In this document: piece by piece, positions 1-8,744 of the stretch
How the letters are laid out: each line of letters starts with the position of its first letter
How positions within the stretch are numbered: the first letter of the stretch is position 1
Source of the DNA: Candidatus Eiseniibacteriota bacterium
GTDB taxonomy: Bacteria; Eisenbacteria; RBG-16-71-46
NCBI GenBank assembly: GCA_044223005.1
Contig: JBGAML010000012.1
Location: forward strand, 64,001 to 128,000
DNA length: 64,000 bases
Direction: 5' to 3'
The notes under the pieces: model-generated
What the model was told of the DNA's origin: nothing
Seen by the model: only the letters and a program-made list of their open reading frames with translations
The model's database searches: none
Made by a program: the position numbers and the translations under genes

Positions 1-504
1 GTGAGCGCGATCTCGATCGAGGACGAATCATCCGATCCGGATTCGCCCCTGCTGCCGCTGCCGCTCGCCACCGAACGCATCGCCGCCGCGCGGCGCGCGC
101 TCGACGCGCACGGCGAGGGCGTCATGCTCGTGGCGCGCTGCGAGAGCTTCCTCGTCGGCCAGGACGACGTCGCCGCGACGATCCGCCGGCTCGCGGCCTA
201 CGCGGGTGCGGGCGCCGAGGTGCTCTTCGCGCCCGGCGTGTCGCGCCCGGAGGACATCGCCGCGATCGTGCAGGCGGCCGGGCCCCGGCCGGTCAACGTG
301 CTCGGCGGTCCCGGCGTGCCGTCCGTTCCCGAGCTCGCCGCGCTCGGCGTGCGCCGGGTCAGCGTCGGCAGCGCGTTCACCCGCGCGGCCTACGGCGGGC
401 TGCAGGCCGCCGCGCACGAACTGCTCGTGCAGGGCACCTACGCGAGCCTCGCCGAGGCCCCGTCGTTTGCCGACGTCCAGGCGGCGATGCGGCCGCGCGC
501 CTGA
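1..504 (+). CDS. Isocitrate lyase/PEP mutase family protein (5' truncated by window edge)
   Basis: Motifs ISIEDE, LVARCESF, RLAAYAGAGAEVLFAPG, PVNVL, LAALGVRRVSVGS typical of the PEP mutase/PrpB-like superfamily C-terminal half. Confidence 0.85.
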   Translation: MSAISIEDESSDPDSPLLPLPLATERIAAARRALDAHGEGVMLVARCESFLVGQDDVAATIRRLAAYAGAGAEVLFAPGVSRPEDIAAIVQAAGPRPVNVLGGPGVPSVPELAALGVRRVSVGSAFTRAAYGGLQAAAHELLVQGTYASLAEAPSFADVQAAMRPRA

Positions 505-546
505 CGTCCGGTTTCGCGCCGGCCGGTGACGCCGGCGTTCCCGGAG

Positions 547-600
547 GTAGCGCCGCCGGAACGGCGCGGTAACGCCGCCGTAACTTGCTCCGCCTAGTCT
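547..600 (+). promoter_or_regulatory. Four 11-bp-period direct repeats (GTAGC/GGAAC/GTAAC/GTAAC) followed by a -10-like TAGTCT; candidate OmpR/PhoB-family box promoter
   Basis: Pentamers start at 547, 558, 569, 580; TAGTCT at 595-600; upstream of the 653 ORF. Confidence 0.45.
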
Positions 601-652
601 CCGCCTCGATCGTTCCCCCGACGAACGCGATCCTTATCACGCGGAGAGTCCC

Positions 653-892
653 ATGCAGGCACCGACGCACACGCACGATGCGACCCTTGCGCCCCTGCCC
701 GATGCGCCGTTCGCGATCCGCCGCCGCTTCCTCATCTATGTCGCGCTGCTCCTGGCGGCGCTCGCGCTGATCGCTCTGCAGCAGCGGAACGAATCGACGC
801 TCACGCCCGCGGTCACGAAGGCCGTCGCGAAGAGCGCGCCGGCCCTCCCGGCTCCGCCCGACGACCGGCCGCTCCTGACGCCCGACCGCTGA
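653..892 (+). CDS. Small single-pass membrane protein, hypothetical (79 aa)
   Basis: GGAGAG RBS before ATG; RRR followed by hydrophobic FLIYVALLLAALALIAL; GC-rich codon usage. Confidence 0.55.
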   Translation: MQAPTHTHDATLAPLPDAPFAIRRRFLIYVALLLAALALIALQQRNESTLTPAVTKAVAKSAPALPAPPDDRPLLTPDR

Positions 893-921
893 AGCGCGCT
901 CCGGGCGCGGCCAGCGCGGCG

Positions 922-1156
922 CTACGGGTTCTGGATGAACAGGATCACGAGCGCGTTGTCGGGCGTGTCGGGGCCCATGCCGGTCGCGTAGGTGTACGGC
1001 GCGAGCGCGGAATGGCGCCGTCGCGCCGACGAACGCGCCGCCGTTGCGCAGGAAGCCCGCCCGCACGACGAGCCAGCGCGGATGCCGCTTCGCGAGCAGG
1101 TCCGCGTACCAGCCGGGGCCGCGCTGACGCAGCGCGGTCACCTCGGGCGAGGCGAC
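922..1156 (-). pseudogene. Frameshifted C-terminal remnant of a protein (possibly a membrane glycosyltransferase-like tail)
   Basis: Coding-like ASPEVTALRQRGPGWYADLLAKRHPRWLVVRAGFLRNGG continues in another frame as LAPYTYATGMGPDTPDNALVILFIQNP-stop (922); no clear start or RBS. Confidence 0.35.
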
Positions 1157-1159
1157 CGG

Positions 1160-1327
1160 GGCGGGTTCAGGGGCATCTCCGGAATGCGTTTCGGATGCAC
1201 GAGCACCCGAGCATACCGTCGGAAGGCGTTCGCGCCGAGTCGCGCGCCCCCGAAGCGACCTTCCGCGTGGCGAACTCGGATCGCCGACATTCAGGATGCA
1301 AATGCGCTGGCGCTTGTCGAACCCGCC
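1160..1327. other. Long imperfect rod-like inverted-repeat element (candidate ncRNA or MITE)
   Basis: Nested pairings GGCGGGTTC/GAACCCGCC, GCATC/GATGC, GAATG/CATTC, TCGG/CCGA, CCGAG/CTCGG, CGGAAGG/CCTTCCG, TTCG/CGAA. Confidence 0.35.
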
Positions 1328-1703
1328 GGGCGTGGGCTAGCTTGATTGCCGGAAAAACAGTGCGCCCGCGTGTGACACGTAGTCGCGCGACCACCCGGAT
1401 CCTTGTGTTTCCCCCGAAAACCGAGTCCGGGGCGGATCGCGCGGCTACTTGTCACCCGCGGGACGCGCAGGTGTCACGCTGGGCCGGAGGGTCGGGCTCC
1501 GAGGGGAGTACCCGGTGACCGGCCCAGCGACATGAGAACGCCCGTTGTGGTCGAAAGCGGTCGACTTTTCTTTCGTGCCGGCCAATCGACGGATCGCGTT
1601 CCACTTCCGGACGTGCGTTCGTTGCGGCGGACGGAACTGGCCCGATCGAACGTCCATCGCTCGCCGGCTGCTGCGAACCGGATCGCAGCGGAAGAGTGTC
1701 CCG

Positions 1704-2291
1704 ATGACGACGGTTCCCCACGACAACCTGGATTCGACGCTCGCCCTGGTCACGCGCGCCCGGCATGGTGATCGCGCGGCCCTCGAGGTGATCGCCGAGC
1801 GTTACCAGGCGCCACTGCGCCGCTTCGCGCACGGGCGGCTCCCGGCGGCCGCGCGCGGGCTCGTGGACACGGAGGACGTCGTCCAGGTCGCCGTGGTGCG
1901 AACGCTCTCACGGCTCGACCACTTTCATCCCGGGGCCTCGGGGTCGCTGCTCGCCTACCTGCGGCGGGCGGTCCTGAACCAGATCCGCGACGAGATCCGC
2001 AACTCGCATCGCCGCCCCACGGGCCCCGTGGTGTCGGTGCAGATGCCGGCCCGCAGTCTCGACCCGCTCGAGGAGGCGATCAGCCGCGAATCGCTGGAGC
2101 GGTACGAAGAGGCGCTCGCGACGCTGCCGTCCGAGCAGCAGGAAGCGTTCATGATGCGCATCGAGATGGGATGCGCCTACCGCGACATCGCCGATGCGAT
2201 CGGGAAGCCCACGGCGAACGCGGCCCGGCTGCTGGTGCGGCGCGCGATCCAGGGACTGGTGCACGCACTGCGACGCCCGCCGGCGCGATGA
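1704..2291 (+). CDS. ECF-type RNA polymerase sigma factor
   Basis: sigma2 region (RARHGDRAALE, DTEDVVQ, YLRRAVLNQIRD) and sigma4 region (LATLPSEQQEAFMMR, YRDIADAIG); its stop overlaps the kinase ATG (ATGA). Confidence 0.92.
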   Translation: MTTVPHDNLDSTLALVTRARHGDRAALEVIAERYQAPLRRFAHGRLPAAARGLVDTEDVVQVAVVRTLSRLDHFHPGASGSLLAYLRRAVLNQIRDEIRNSHRRPTGPVVSVQMPARSLDPLEEAISRESLERYEEALATLPSEQQEAFMMRIEMGCAYRDIADAIGKPTANAARLLVRRAIQGLVHALRRPPAR

Positions 2292-5074
2292 GCTCCGGTC
2301 CGGACGATCCGGCGCCCGGCGCCGAACGCGTCGCCGACGCGATCTCCGATGGCGCCCCCGTCGACTGGGACGCCGAGCGCACGGGCGGATCGGCGGACGC
2401 CGAAACGCTCGATGCCCTGCGCCTGATCGACCGCGTCGCGCGCGTCCATCGCGGCGGCATCGCGCCCGAGGCCGAACCCGAGCAGGGTGCGGCCGAACCG
2501 CTCGAGGCGTGGGGCAGCTTGCGCATCGTGCAGCCGCTCGGCGTCGGCGCCTACGGCGACGTCTACCGCGCCGTCGATCCGGCGTTGAGACGCGAGGTCG
2601 CGCTCAAGCTGTGGCGCACGGGCAACCGGCCGCGCACGATCGAGCGGCTCCTGGACGAGGCGCGGGCACTGGCGAGCGTGCGGCACCCGAACGTGCTGCT
2701 CGTGCACGGTGCGGACGTGCACGAGGGCCGTGCCGGCATGTGGACCGAGCTGCTGGAGGGCGCGACGCTCGAAGAGATCCTGCAGACGTACGGCCCGCTG
2801 GGCTGGCGCGAGGCGGCGCTCGCGGGCATCGAGCTCTGCCGCGCGCTCGCCGCGGTGCACGCGCTGGGGCTCGTGCACGGCGACGTCAAGACGGCCAACG
2901 TCATGCGCGAGCGCGGCGGGCGGATCGTGCTCATGGACTTCGGCAGCGCGAGCGCGATCCGCGATGGCTCCGAGGCCGTCCCGATGCTGCAGGGCACGCC
3001 ACTCGCGATGGCGCCGGAGCTGCTGCGCGAGGAGCCGGCGACGCCGGCCTCCGACCTCTACAGCCTGGGCGTGCTGCTCTGGCGGCTCGTCACCGGGCGC
3101 TATCCGTGCGAAGCCGACTCGCTCGAGGCGCTGCGCGCGAAGCTCGCCGCGGAACCGCTGCCGTCGCTGCGGAGCGAGCGCCCCGACCTGCCGGAGCCGT
3201 TCGCGCGCGTCGTCGCGCACGCGCTCGAACGCGTGCCCGCAGAGCGGCCCGCGTCGGCGGCGGCGATGGAGCGCGAGCTCTCCGACGTGCTGCGCTCGGA
3301 CTGGAGTGCGCCTGCGGCAGAGCCGGTACGCCCGCACAAGCGCCGGCGCGCGCTGGCCGCGGTCGCCGCACTCGTCACGGCCGCGGCGCTCGGCGCCGGC
3401 GCGTGGAACTGGTGGCTCGCGCATGGTCCGGCGGCCGGCACGCCCCATCCGCTGCAGTTCACGCTGCAACTCCCGGTCGGCCAGCACCTGAATCAGTGGG
3501 CCAACGTCACCGTGTCGCCCGACGGCGGCACGATCGCCTTCGCCGCGCAGGACACGCTCGGCCGGTTCGCGCTCTGGATCCGGCGGCTCGACGATCGCGA
3601 ATCCACCCGCCTGCCCGGAACCGACGGCGCGCAGTATCCGTTCTGGTCGCCCGACAGCCGCGAGGTCGCGTTCTTCAGCGGCACGTCGCTCAAGCGCGTG
3701 GCGCTGGACGGCGGGCCGGCGCGCACCATCTGCGCGACGACCCTCGGCCGCGGCGGCACCTGGGGCCGGCACGGCACGATCCTCTTCGCGGCCTCGACGC
3801 AAGGCCCGATCTTCCGCGTGCCGGCGGCCGGCGGCACGCCCATGCCGGCCACGGTCGTCGACGCCGCGGCGGGCGAGGTGTCGCATCGCTGGCCCTCGTT
3901 CCTGCCGGACGGCGAGCGCTTCCTCTACGTCAGCACCCCCGCACGCGACGGCACCTACGCCCTGTACGCCGGCTCGCTCGGGTCCGACCGGCGCGCGTTC
4001 GTCGGTCCCGTCGAGTCGGGTGCCGCGTACAGCTGCGGCCAGCTCGTCTACCTCGCGAACGAGACCATCCAGACGCGCCCGTTCAACCTGCGCACGCTCG
4101 CGTGGAGCGGCGACCCGCGGCCGATCTCGGACGCGCGCGGATCGGGCGGGTCGATCGCCGAACCGCACGCGAGCGCCTCGCAGAACGGCATCCTCGTCTA
4201 CCCCTCCACGATCGAGCGCACGAGCCGGCTCCAGTGGATCGACACGCGCAACGGCGTCGTCTCGCCGCTGGGGCAGGGCGCCTACTTCTACCCGAGCGTC
4301 TCGCCGGATGGCCGGCGCGTCGCGGTCGAGCGCGTCGAGAGCGCGGCCCGCAGCAACATCTGGCTGCTGGACGCCGCCACCGGGGCGGCCGAACGCTGGA
4401 CGGACGCCACGGGGCTCAACCGCAAGCCCGTCTGGTCGGCCACCGGCGACTCGATCGCGTTCGCGTCGAATCGCGACGGGCGCTACTCGATCTACGTGCG
4501 CGCCGTCGGCGGCGCGCTCGCCGAGCGCCGGCTCGCGCGGCCCGCCCCGGGGCTGCTGCTGTGGCCGGACGACTGGTACGCGCCGGGCGTGCTGGCCTTC
4601 GACGCCTACCATCCCGCCACCAGCTTCGACGTGTTCGAGCTCCGCGGCGACTCGATCGTCACGATCGCCGACGGCAGCTCGCCCGAGGCCCAGGCCACCT
4701 ACTCGCCCGACGGCCGCTGGCTCGCGTACGAAGGTGGCGCGAGCGGCGAGCGGCAGGTGTACGTGGTCGAGCGCTCGACGGGGACCCGCTATCGCGTCTC
4801 GCCACACGGCGGCTACCAGCCGCGCTGGGCGCGCCGCACGGGACAGCTCTTCTTCCACGACGCGGGCGGCAGGTTCTACGTCTCGGAACCGCGCACGGGC
4901 GCCACCCCCGACCGCTGGACCGTGACGCAACTCGCGCACTCGGGCTTCCTCGAAGGCTGGGACGTCTCGCCCGACGGCCGGCGGCTGCTGGTCTGCCTGC
5001 GCACCGAGACGACGCGGCCCGAGGAAGTCGTGGTCCTCGCCAACCTGCCCCAGGCGATCGCGCACGGTCTCTGA
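2288..5074 (+). CDS. Ser/Thr protein kinase, single TM, C-terminal TolB/PD40-type beta-propeller
   Basis: LGVGAYGDVY, VALK, HPNV, HGDVKTAN, DFG, GTPLAMAPE, SDLYSLG; TM ALAAVAALVTAAALGAGAW; repeated SPDG/WSPD motifs. Confidence 0.93.
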   Translation: MSSGPDDPAPGAERVADAISDGAPVDWDAERTGGSADAETLDALRLIDRVARVHRGGIAPEAEPEQGAAEPLEAWGSLRIVQPLGVGAYGDVYRAVDPALRREVALKLWRTGNRPRTIERLLDEARALASVRHPNVLLVHGADVHEGRAGMWTELLEGATLEEILQTYGPLGWREAALAGIELCRALAAVHALGLVHGDVKTANVMRERGGRIVLMDFGSASAIRDGSEAVPMLQGTPLAMAPELLREEPATPASDLYSLGVLLWRLVTGRYPCEADSLEALRAKLAAEPLPSLRSERPDLPEPFARVVAHALERVPAERPASAAAMERELSDVLRSDWSAPAAEPVRPHKRRRALAAVAALVTAAALGAGAWNWWLAHGPAAGTPHPLQFTLQLPVGQHLNQWANVTVSPDGGTIAFAAQDTLGRFALWIRRLDDRESTRLPGTDGAQYPFWSPDSREVAFFSGTSLKRVALDGGPARTICATTLGRGGTWGRHGTILFAASTQGPIFRVPAAGGTPMPATVVDAAAGEVSHRWPSFLPDGERFLYVSTPARDGTYALYAGSLGSDRRAFVGPVESGAAYSCGQLVYLANETIQTRPFNLRTLAWSGDPRPISDARGSGGSIAEPHASASQNGILVYPSTIERTSRLQWIDTRNGVVSPLGQGAYFYPSVSPDGRRVAVERVESAARSNIWLLDAATGAAERWTDATGLNRKPVWSATGDSIAFASNRDGRYSIYVRAVGGALAERRLARPAPGLLLWPDDWYAPGVLAFDAYHPATSFDVFELRGDSIVTIADGSSPEAQATYSPDGRWLAYEGGASGERQVYVVERSTGTRYRVSPHGGYQPRWARRTGQLFFHDAGGRFYVSEPRTGATPDRWTVTQLAHSGFLEGWDVSPDGRRLLVCLRTETTRPEEVVVLANLPQAIAHGL

Positions 5075-5125
5075 CCTCGCCGGGCGTGCCCGCGCCCGGG
5101 CTCCGGTCGACGGCCCGCTCCGCCC

Positions 5126-5177
5126 TTGACACCCCGTCCGTGCGAGGCGCATTCTTTGTTCGCTCGCCTGACAAAGA
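5126..5177 (+). promoter_or_regulatory. sigma70-like promoter (TTGACA-N18-CATTCT) overlapped by a 25-bp palindromic operator (candidate ROK repressor site 1)
   Basis: TTGACA 5126-5131; operator TCTTTGTTCGCTCGCCTGACAAAGA at 5153-5177; near-identical site at 18872-18896. Confidence 0.7.
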
Positions 5178-5250
5178 CGGTCCCGAGCGCTCTCGCGAAC
5201 GCGCGTGAGCGCCACGAGACGCCCTCATGACCCCCGGCCGGAGGCTCGGC

Positions 5251-6624
5251 ATGTCGCAGTACTTCCACCCCGTCCGCGCCGCACTCGTGGTGGCGCTCGT
5301 CGCCCTCGCCGCCGCGGGCTGCTCGCGCAAGACGCCGACCGAGCCCTGGCCGCCGCTCACCGATCCGCGCGTCTTCGACGAGTCGTTCGCGCCCAAGGTG
5401 GGTTTCCAGGCGTTCGGCGGCTCCAAGCTCGACGCGCTCGACATCGACTCCACGACCGCGCACACCGGACGGGTGTCGCTGAAGGTCACCGTGCCGAACC
5501 CGAACGACCCGACGGGCGGGTACGCGGGCGGCGCGTTCGTGGCCGCGCTCTCGCACGAGCTCAGCGGGTACAACGCGCTCAGCTTCTGGGTGAAGGCCAG
5601 CCGGGCGACCAACCTCGACGTCGCCGGCCTCGGCAACGACAACACCGGCACGTCGAAGTTCGACGCCGCCCGCAAGACGATCCCGATGACCACCAGTTGG
5701 ACGCAGGTGCTGGTGCCGATCCCGGATCCGTCCAAGCTGACCGACGAGAAGGGCATGTTCTACTTCGCCGAAGGCCCGCAGGCGGGCAGCGGCCTGACCC
5801 TGTGGCTCGACGACATCACGTTCGTCAACACGGCGCAGGTGACCAACCCGCGTCCGGCGCTGACCACGCAGACGGCGAGTGCGATCGTGGGCGGCAGCCT
5901 GAACCTCGCCGGGCTCACCAAGACCGTGTACACGATCACGGGCTTCGACCAGACCGTGACCCACATGCCGGGCTACTTCTCGTTCACGTCGTCCAACTAC
6001 GCGGTCGCCACGCCCGCCGGCAGCCTGGTGCAGGTGCTCTCGGCCGGCACGGCGGCGATCACGGCGAAGCTCGGCGCGATCGCGGCGACGGGCACGCTCA
6101 CCGTGAACGCGACGGCGCCGCCCGCCACGCCCGCGCCGACGCCCACCGTGCCGGCCGCGCAGGTGATCTCGATCTTCAGCAACGCCTACACGAACATCCC
6201 CGTGGACACGTGGTCCGCGACCTGGGACCAGGCGGACGTGAGCGACCTCACGATCGCCGGCAACGCCACCAAGCTCTACACGAACCTCAACTACGCCGGG
6301 ATCGAGTTCACCTCGCACGTGATCGATGCGACGTCGATGAGCGCTTTCCACGTCGACGTGTGGGCGACCGCCGGCACGCTGTTCCGGGTGAAGCTGGTCG
6401 ATTTCGGTGCCAACGGCACGTTCGGCGGCGGCGACGATACGGAGTCGGAGCTGACCTTCAATGCGGCGAGCACGCCCCCGTTCTCGAGCGGCGGCTGGGT
6501 GCCGCTGGACATCCCGCTCGCCAACTTCACGACGCTGCTGCACCGCGCCCACGTCGCCCAGGTGGTGCTCTCGTCGACCGACGCCAAGACCGTCTTCGTG
6601 GACAATCTCTACTTCCACCAATAG
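5251..6624 (+). CDS. Lipoprotein, putative glycan-binding protein (jelly-roll/CBM-like + Ig-like + Pro/Thr linker + jelly-roll)
   Basis: GGAGG RBS; lipobox LAAAGC; LSGYNALSFWVKA and LWLDDITF; APPATPAPTPT linker; VISIFSNAY...FVDNLYF; first gene of the glucan operon. Confidence 0.7.
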   Translation: MSQYFHPVRAALVVALVALAAAGCSRKTPTEPWPPLTDPRVFDESFAPKVGFQAFGGSKLDALDIDSTTAHTGRVSLKVTVPNPNDPTGGYAGGAFVAALSHELSGYNALSFWVKASRATNLDVAGLGNDNTGTSKFDAARKTIPMTTSWTQVLVPIPDPSKLTDEKGMFYFAEGPQAGSGLTLWLDDITFVNTAQVTNPRPALTTQTASAIVGGSLNLAGLTKTVYTITGFDQTVTHMPGYFSFTSSNYAVATPAGSLVQVLSAGTAAITAKLGAIAATGTLTVNATAPPATPAPTPTVPAAQVISIFSNAYTNIPVDTWSATWDQADVSDLTIAGNATKLYTNLNYAGIEFTSHVIDATSMSAFHVDVWATAGTLFRVKLVDFGANGTFGGGDDTESELTFNAASTPPFSSGGWVPLDIPLANFTTLLHRAHVAQVVLSSTDAKTVFVDNLYFHQ

Positions 6625-6637
6625 GCTCGCGCGCATC

Positions 6638-7912
6638 ATGGCCCGACGCGGGGACGACGGATCGAAGCGAACGCCGGCCGCCGTTCCGGGGCGGCGCGAG
6701 GACGCGCCGCGCCCGAAGGCGCTCTCGCACGCCTTGCTGCGCCTCGTGTGGAACGAGCACCGCATCTCGCGCGCGGACATCGCGCGCCGCATGGGGCTGT
6801 CCCGCTCGACGGTGACCGAGATCGTCGACGAGCTGCTCGAGACCGAGCTGATCGCCGAAGTGGGCGTCGGCCCCTCGCGGGGTGGCCGGCCGCCGATCGT
6901 GCTCGAGTTCGATTACGGCGCCGGCTGCATCCTGGGCGTGGACATGGGCGCGGCGCACGTCGCCGTGGCGCTCATGAACCTGCGCGGTGAGATCCTCGCG
7001 TGGCAGCACCGCCCGCACGCGGTCCGGACCGACCCCGAGGGCACTCGTGAACTGATCGCCGAACTCTGTTCGGCGTGCCTCGCCGCGCAGCCGGGCAGCC
7101 GCCGGCGCCTGATCGGGCTCGGGATCGCCGTGCCCTGCCCCGTCGACCCCGATCATCCCGACCGGTTCTCCGAGATCGTGCTCCCCGACTGGCACGGACG
7201 CAGCGGCTTCAAGTCGCTCGCCAGCCGCTACAAGGTGCCGCTGCTCGTGGACAACGACGCCAACCTCGGCGCGCTCTCCGAGCGCTGGTGGGGCGGCGGC
7301 CGCGGTGTGGACGACTTCGCGTACGTGAAGGTCGCAACCGGCGTGGGCTCCGGCCACTTCGTGCAGGGGCGCGTCTACCGCGGCGCCACCGGCGTCGCGG
7401 GCGAGATCGGCCACATGGCGATCGATCCGCAGGGCAAGCCGTGCGTGTGCGGCCTGCGCGGCTGCCTCGCGACGCTCGTCGGCGCGCCCGCGCTGGTGGA
7501 GCGCGCGGGCGAACTGCAGGCGCGCTTCCCGAAGAGCGTGCTGCGCGACCGGGCGCTCACGATCGAAACGATCGAGGACGCGGCGCTGGAGGGGGATCCG
7601 CTCGCGCTGCAGATCACCGAGGAGGCCGCGAGCCACCTCGGCATCGCCATCGCCGGCCTGCTGAACCTCATGAATCCCCGGCTCGTCATCCTGGGCGGCG
7701 GCCTGTGCCGGCTCGGCGACCTGCTGCTCGACCCGCTGCGGGACGTGATCCGCAACCGCACGCTGGTCTCCTCGCTCGCCGCGGCGAACGTGATGACCAG
7801 CGAACTCGGACCGCGCTCGATCGCAGTCGGTGCCGCCACGCTCGTGCTGGATGCGGCGCTCGACGACGTGCGCCTCTTCCCGACGCCCGCCGAACGCGCG
7901 AGGACCGCGTGA
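6638..7912 (+). CDS. ROK family transcriptional repressor (XylR/NagC-like)
   Basis: wHTH ISRADIARRMGLSRSTVTEIVDEL, GGRPP, DNDANLGALSE, AGEIGH, CVCGLRGCL. Confidence 0.95.
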   Translation: MARRGDDGSKRTPAAVPGRREDAPRPKALSHALLRLVWNEHRISRADIARRMGLSRSTVTEIVDELLETELIAEVGVGPSRGGRPPIVLEFDYGAGCILGVDMGAAHVAVALMNLRGEILAWQHRPHAVRTDPEGTRELIAELCSACLAAQPGSRRRLIGLGIAVPCPVDPDHPDRFSEIVLPDWHGRSGFKSLASRYKVPLLVDNDANLGALSERWWGGGRGVDDFAYVKVATGVGSGHFVQGRVYRGATGVAGEIGHMAIDPQGKPCVCGLRGCLATLVGAPALVERAGELQARFPKSVLRDRALTIETIEDAALEGDPLALQITEEAASHLGIAIAGLLNLMNPRLVILGGGLCRLGDLLLDPLRDVIRNRTLVSSLAAANVMTSELGPRSIAVGAATLVLDAALDDVRLFPTPAERARTA

Positions 7913-8742
7913 CGACCGCCGCCGGACGGCTCGTACGCGTCGTGCTCGCGCTGGTTCTCGCGCTGCCGGCGCTCGTGTCCAACGCGGCGTGCACCAAGAA
8001 GACGACCGCGCCCAAGTTCGACCTCGTCTGGCAGGACGAGTTCGACGGGCCCGCAGGCCAGCTGCCCGACGCGACCAAGTGGGGCTTCGACATCGGCACC
8101 AACTGGGGCAACAACCAGCTGGAGTACGACACCGACCGTCCCGAGAACGTGTCGCTGGACGGCGTCGGCCACCTCGCGATCACGGCGCGACAGGAGAGCT
8201 GGCTCGGCTCCAACTACACCTCGGGCCGCATCCAGACCAACGGCAAGTTCTCGCAGGCCGGCGGACGCTTCGAGGCGCGCATGCGCATGCCCACCGGGCA
8301 GGGCATGTGGCCCGCGTTCTGGCTGCTCGGCGGCAACTTCGGCTCGGTGGGCTGGCCGGCGTGCGGCGAGATCGACATCATGGAGTACCGTGGGCAGGAG
8401 CCCGCGACGATCCACGGCAGCCTGCACGGCCCGGGCTACTCGGGGGGCAACGCGATCACGCGGACGTACACGAGTGCGACGACCACGTTCGACTCCGGCT
8501 TCCACGTGTACGCGGTCGAGTGGACGTCCAAGAAGATCGCGTGGTCGGTGGACGGAGTGACCTACCACACCGCCACGCCCTCGGGCCTGCCGGGCGGGTC
8601 CGCGTGGGTGTTCGACCATCCGTTCTTCGTGATCCTCGACCTCGCGGTGGGCGGCGGCTTCGTCGGCCCCCCGAACGCAGGCACGTCGTTCCCGCAGCAG
8701 CTGCTCGTCGACTACGTGCGGGTCTACCGCCAGAGCAACTGA
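7909..8742 (+). CDS. GH16 laminarinase-like endo-beta-1,3-glucanase, probable lipoprotein
   Basis: LVWQDEFDG, WGNNQLEY, YTSGRI, WPAFWLLG, WPACGEIDIME (ExDxxE), FHVYAVEW, VDYVRVY; GTG overlaps ROK stop. Confidence 0.93.
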   Translation: MTTAAGRLVRVVLALVLALPALVSNAACTKKTTAPKFDLVWQDEFDGPAGQLPDATKWGFDIGTNWGNNQLEYDTDRPENVSLDGVGHLAITARQESWLGSNYTSGRIQTNGKFSQAGGRFEARMRMPTGQGMWPAFWLLGGNFGSVGWPACGEIDIMEYRGQEPATIHGSLHGPGYSGGNAITRTYTSATTTFDSGFHVYAVEWTSKKIAWSVDGVTYHTATPSGLPGGSAWVFDHPFFVILDLAVGGGFVGPPNAGTSFPQQLLVDYVRVYRQSN

Positions 8743-8744
8743 CC

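Noticed and set aside
1545..1703. Upstream extensions of ORF-track starts (also 2171, 7075, 7830, 9737, 19024, 21689, 31608, 45517, 62135)
   Set aside because: RBS position, stop/start overlaps and family N-termini support the later starts used here
2177..5215. 1012-aa minus-strand ORF and other long alternate-frame ORFs (e.g. 2194-5208, 13527-16481, 36027-39080)
   Set aside because: Shadow ORFs of high-GC genes; Arg/Ala/Gly-rich with no motifs, fully overlapping well-supported CDS
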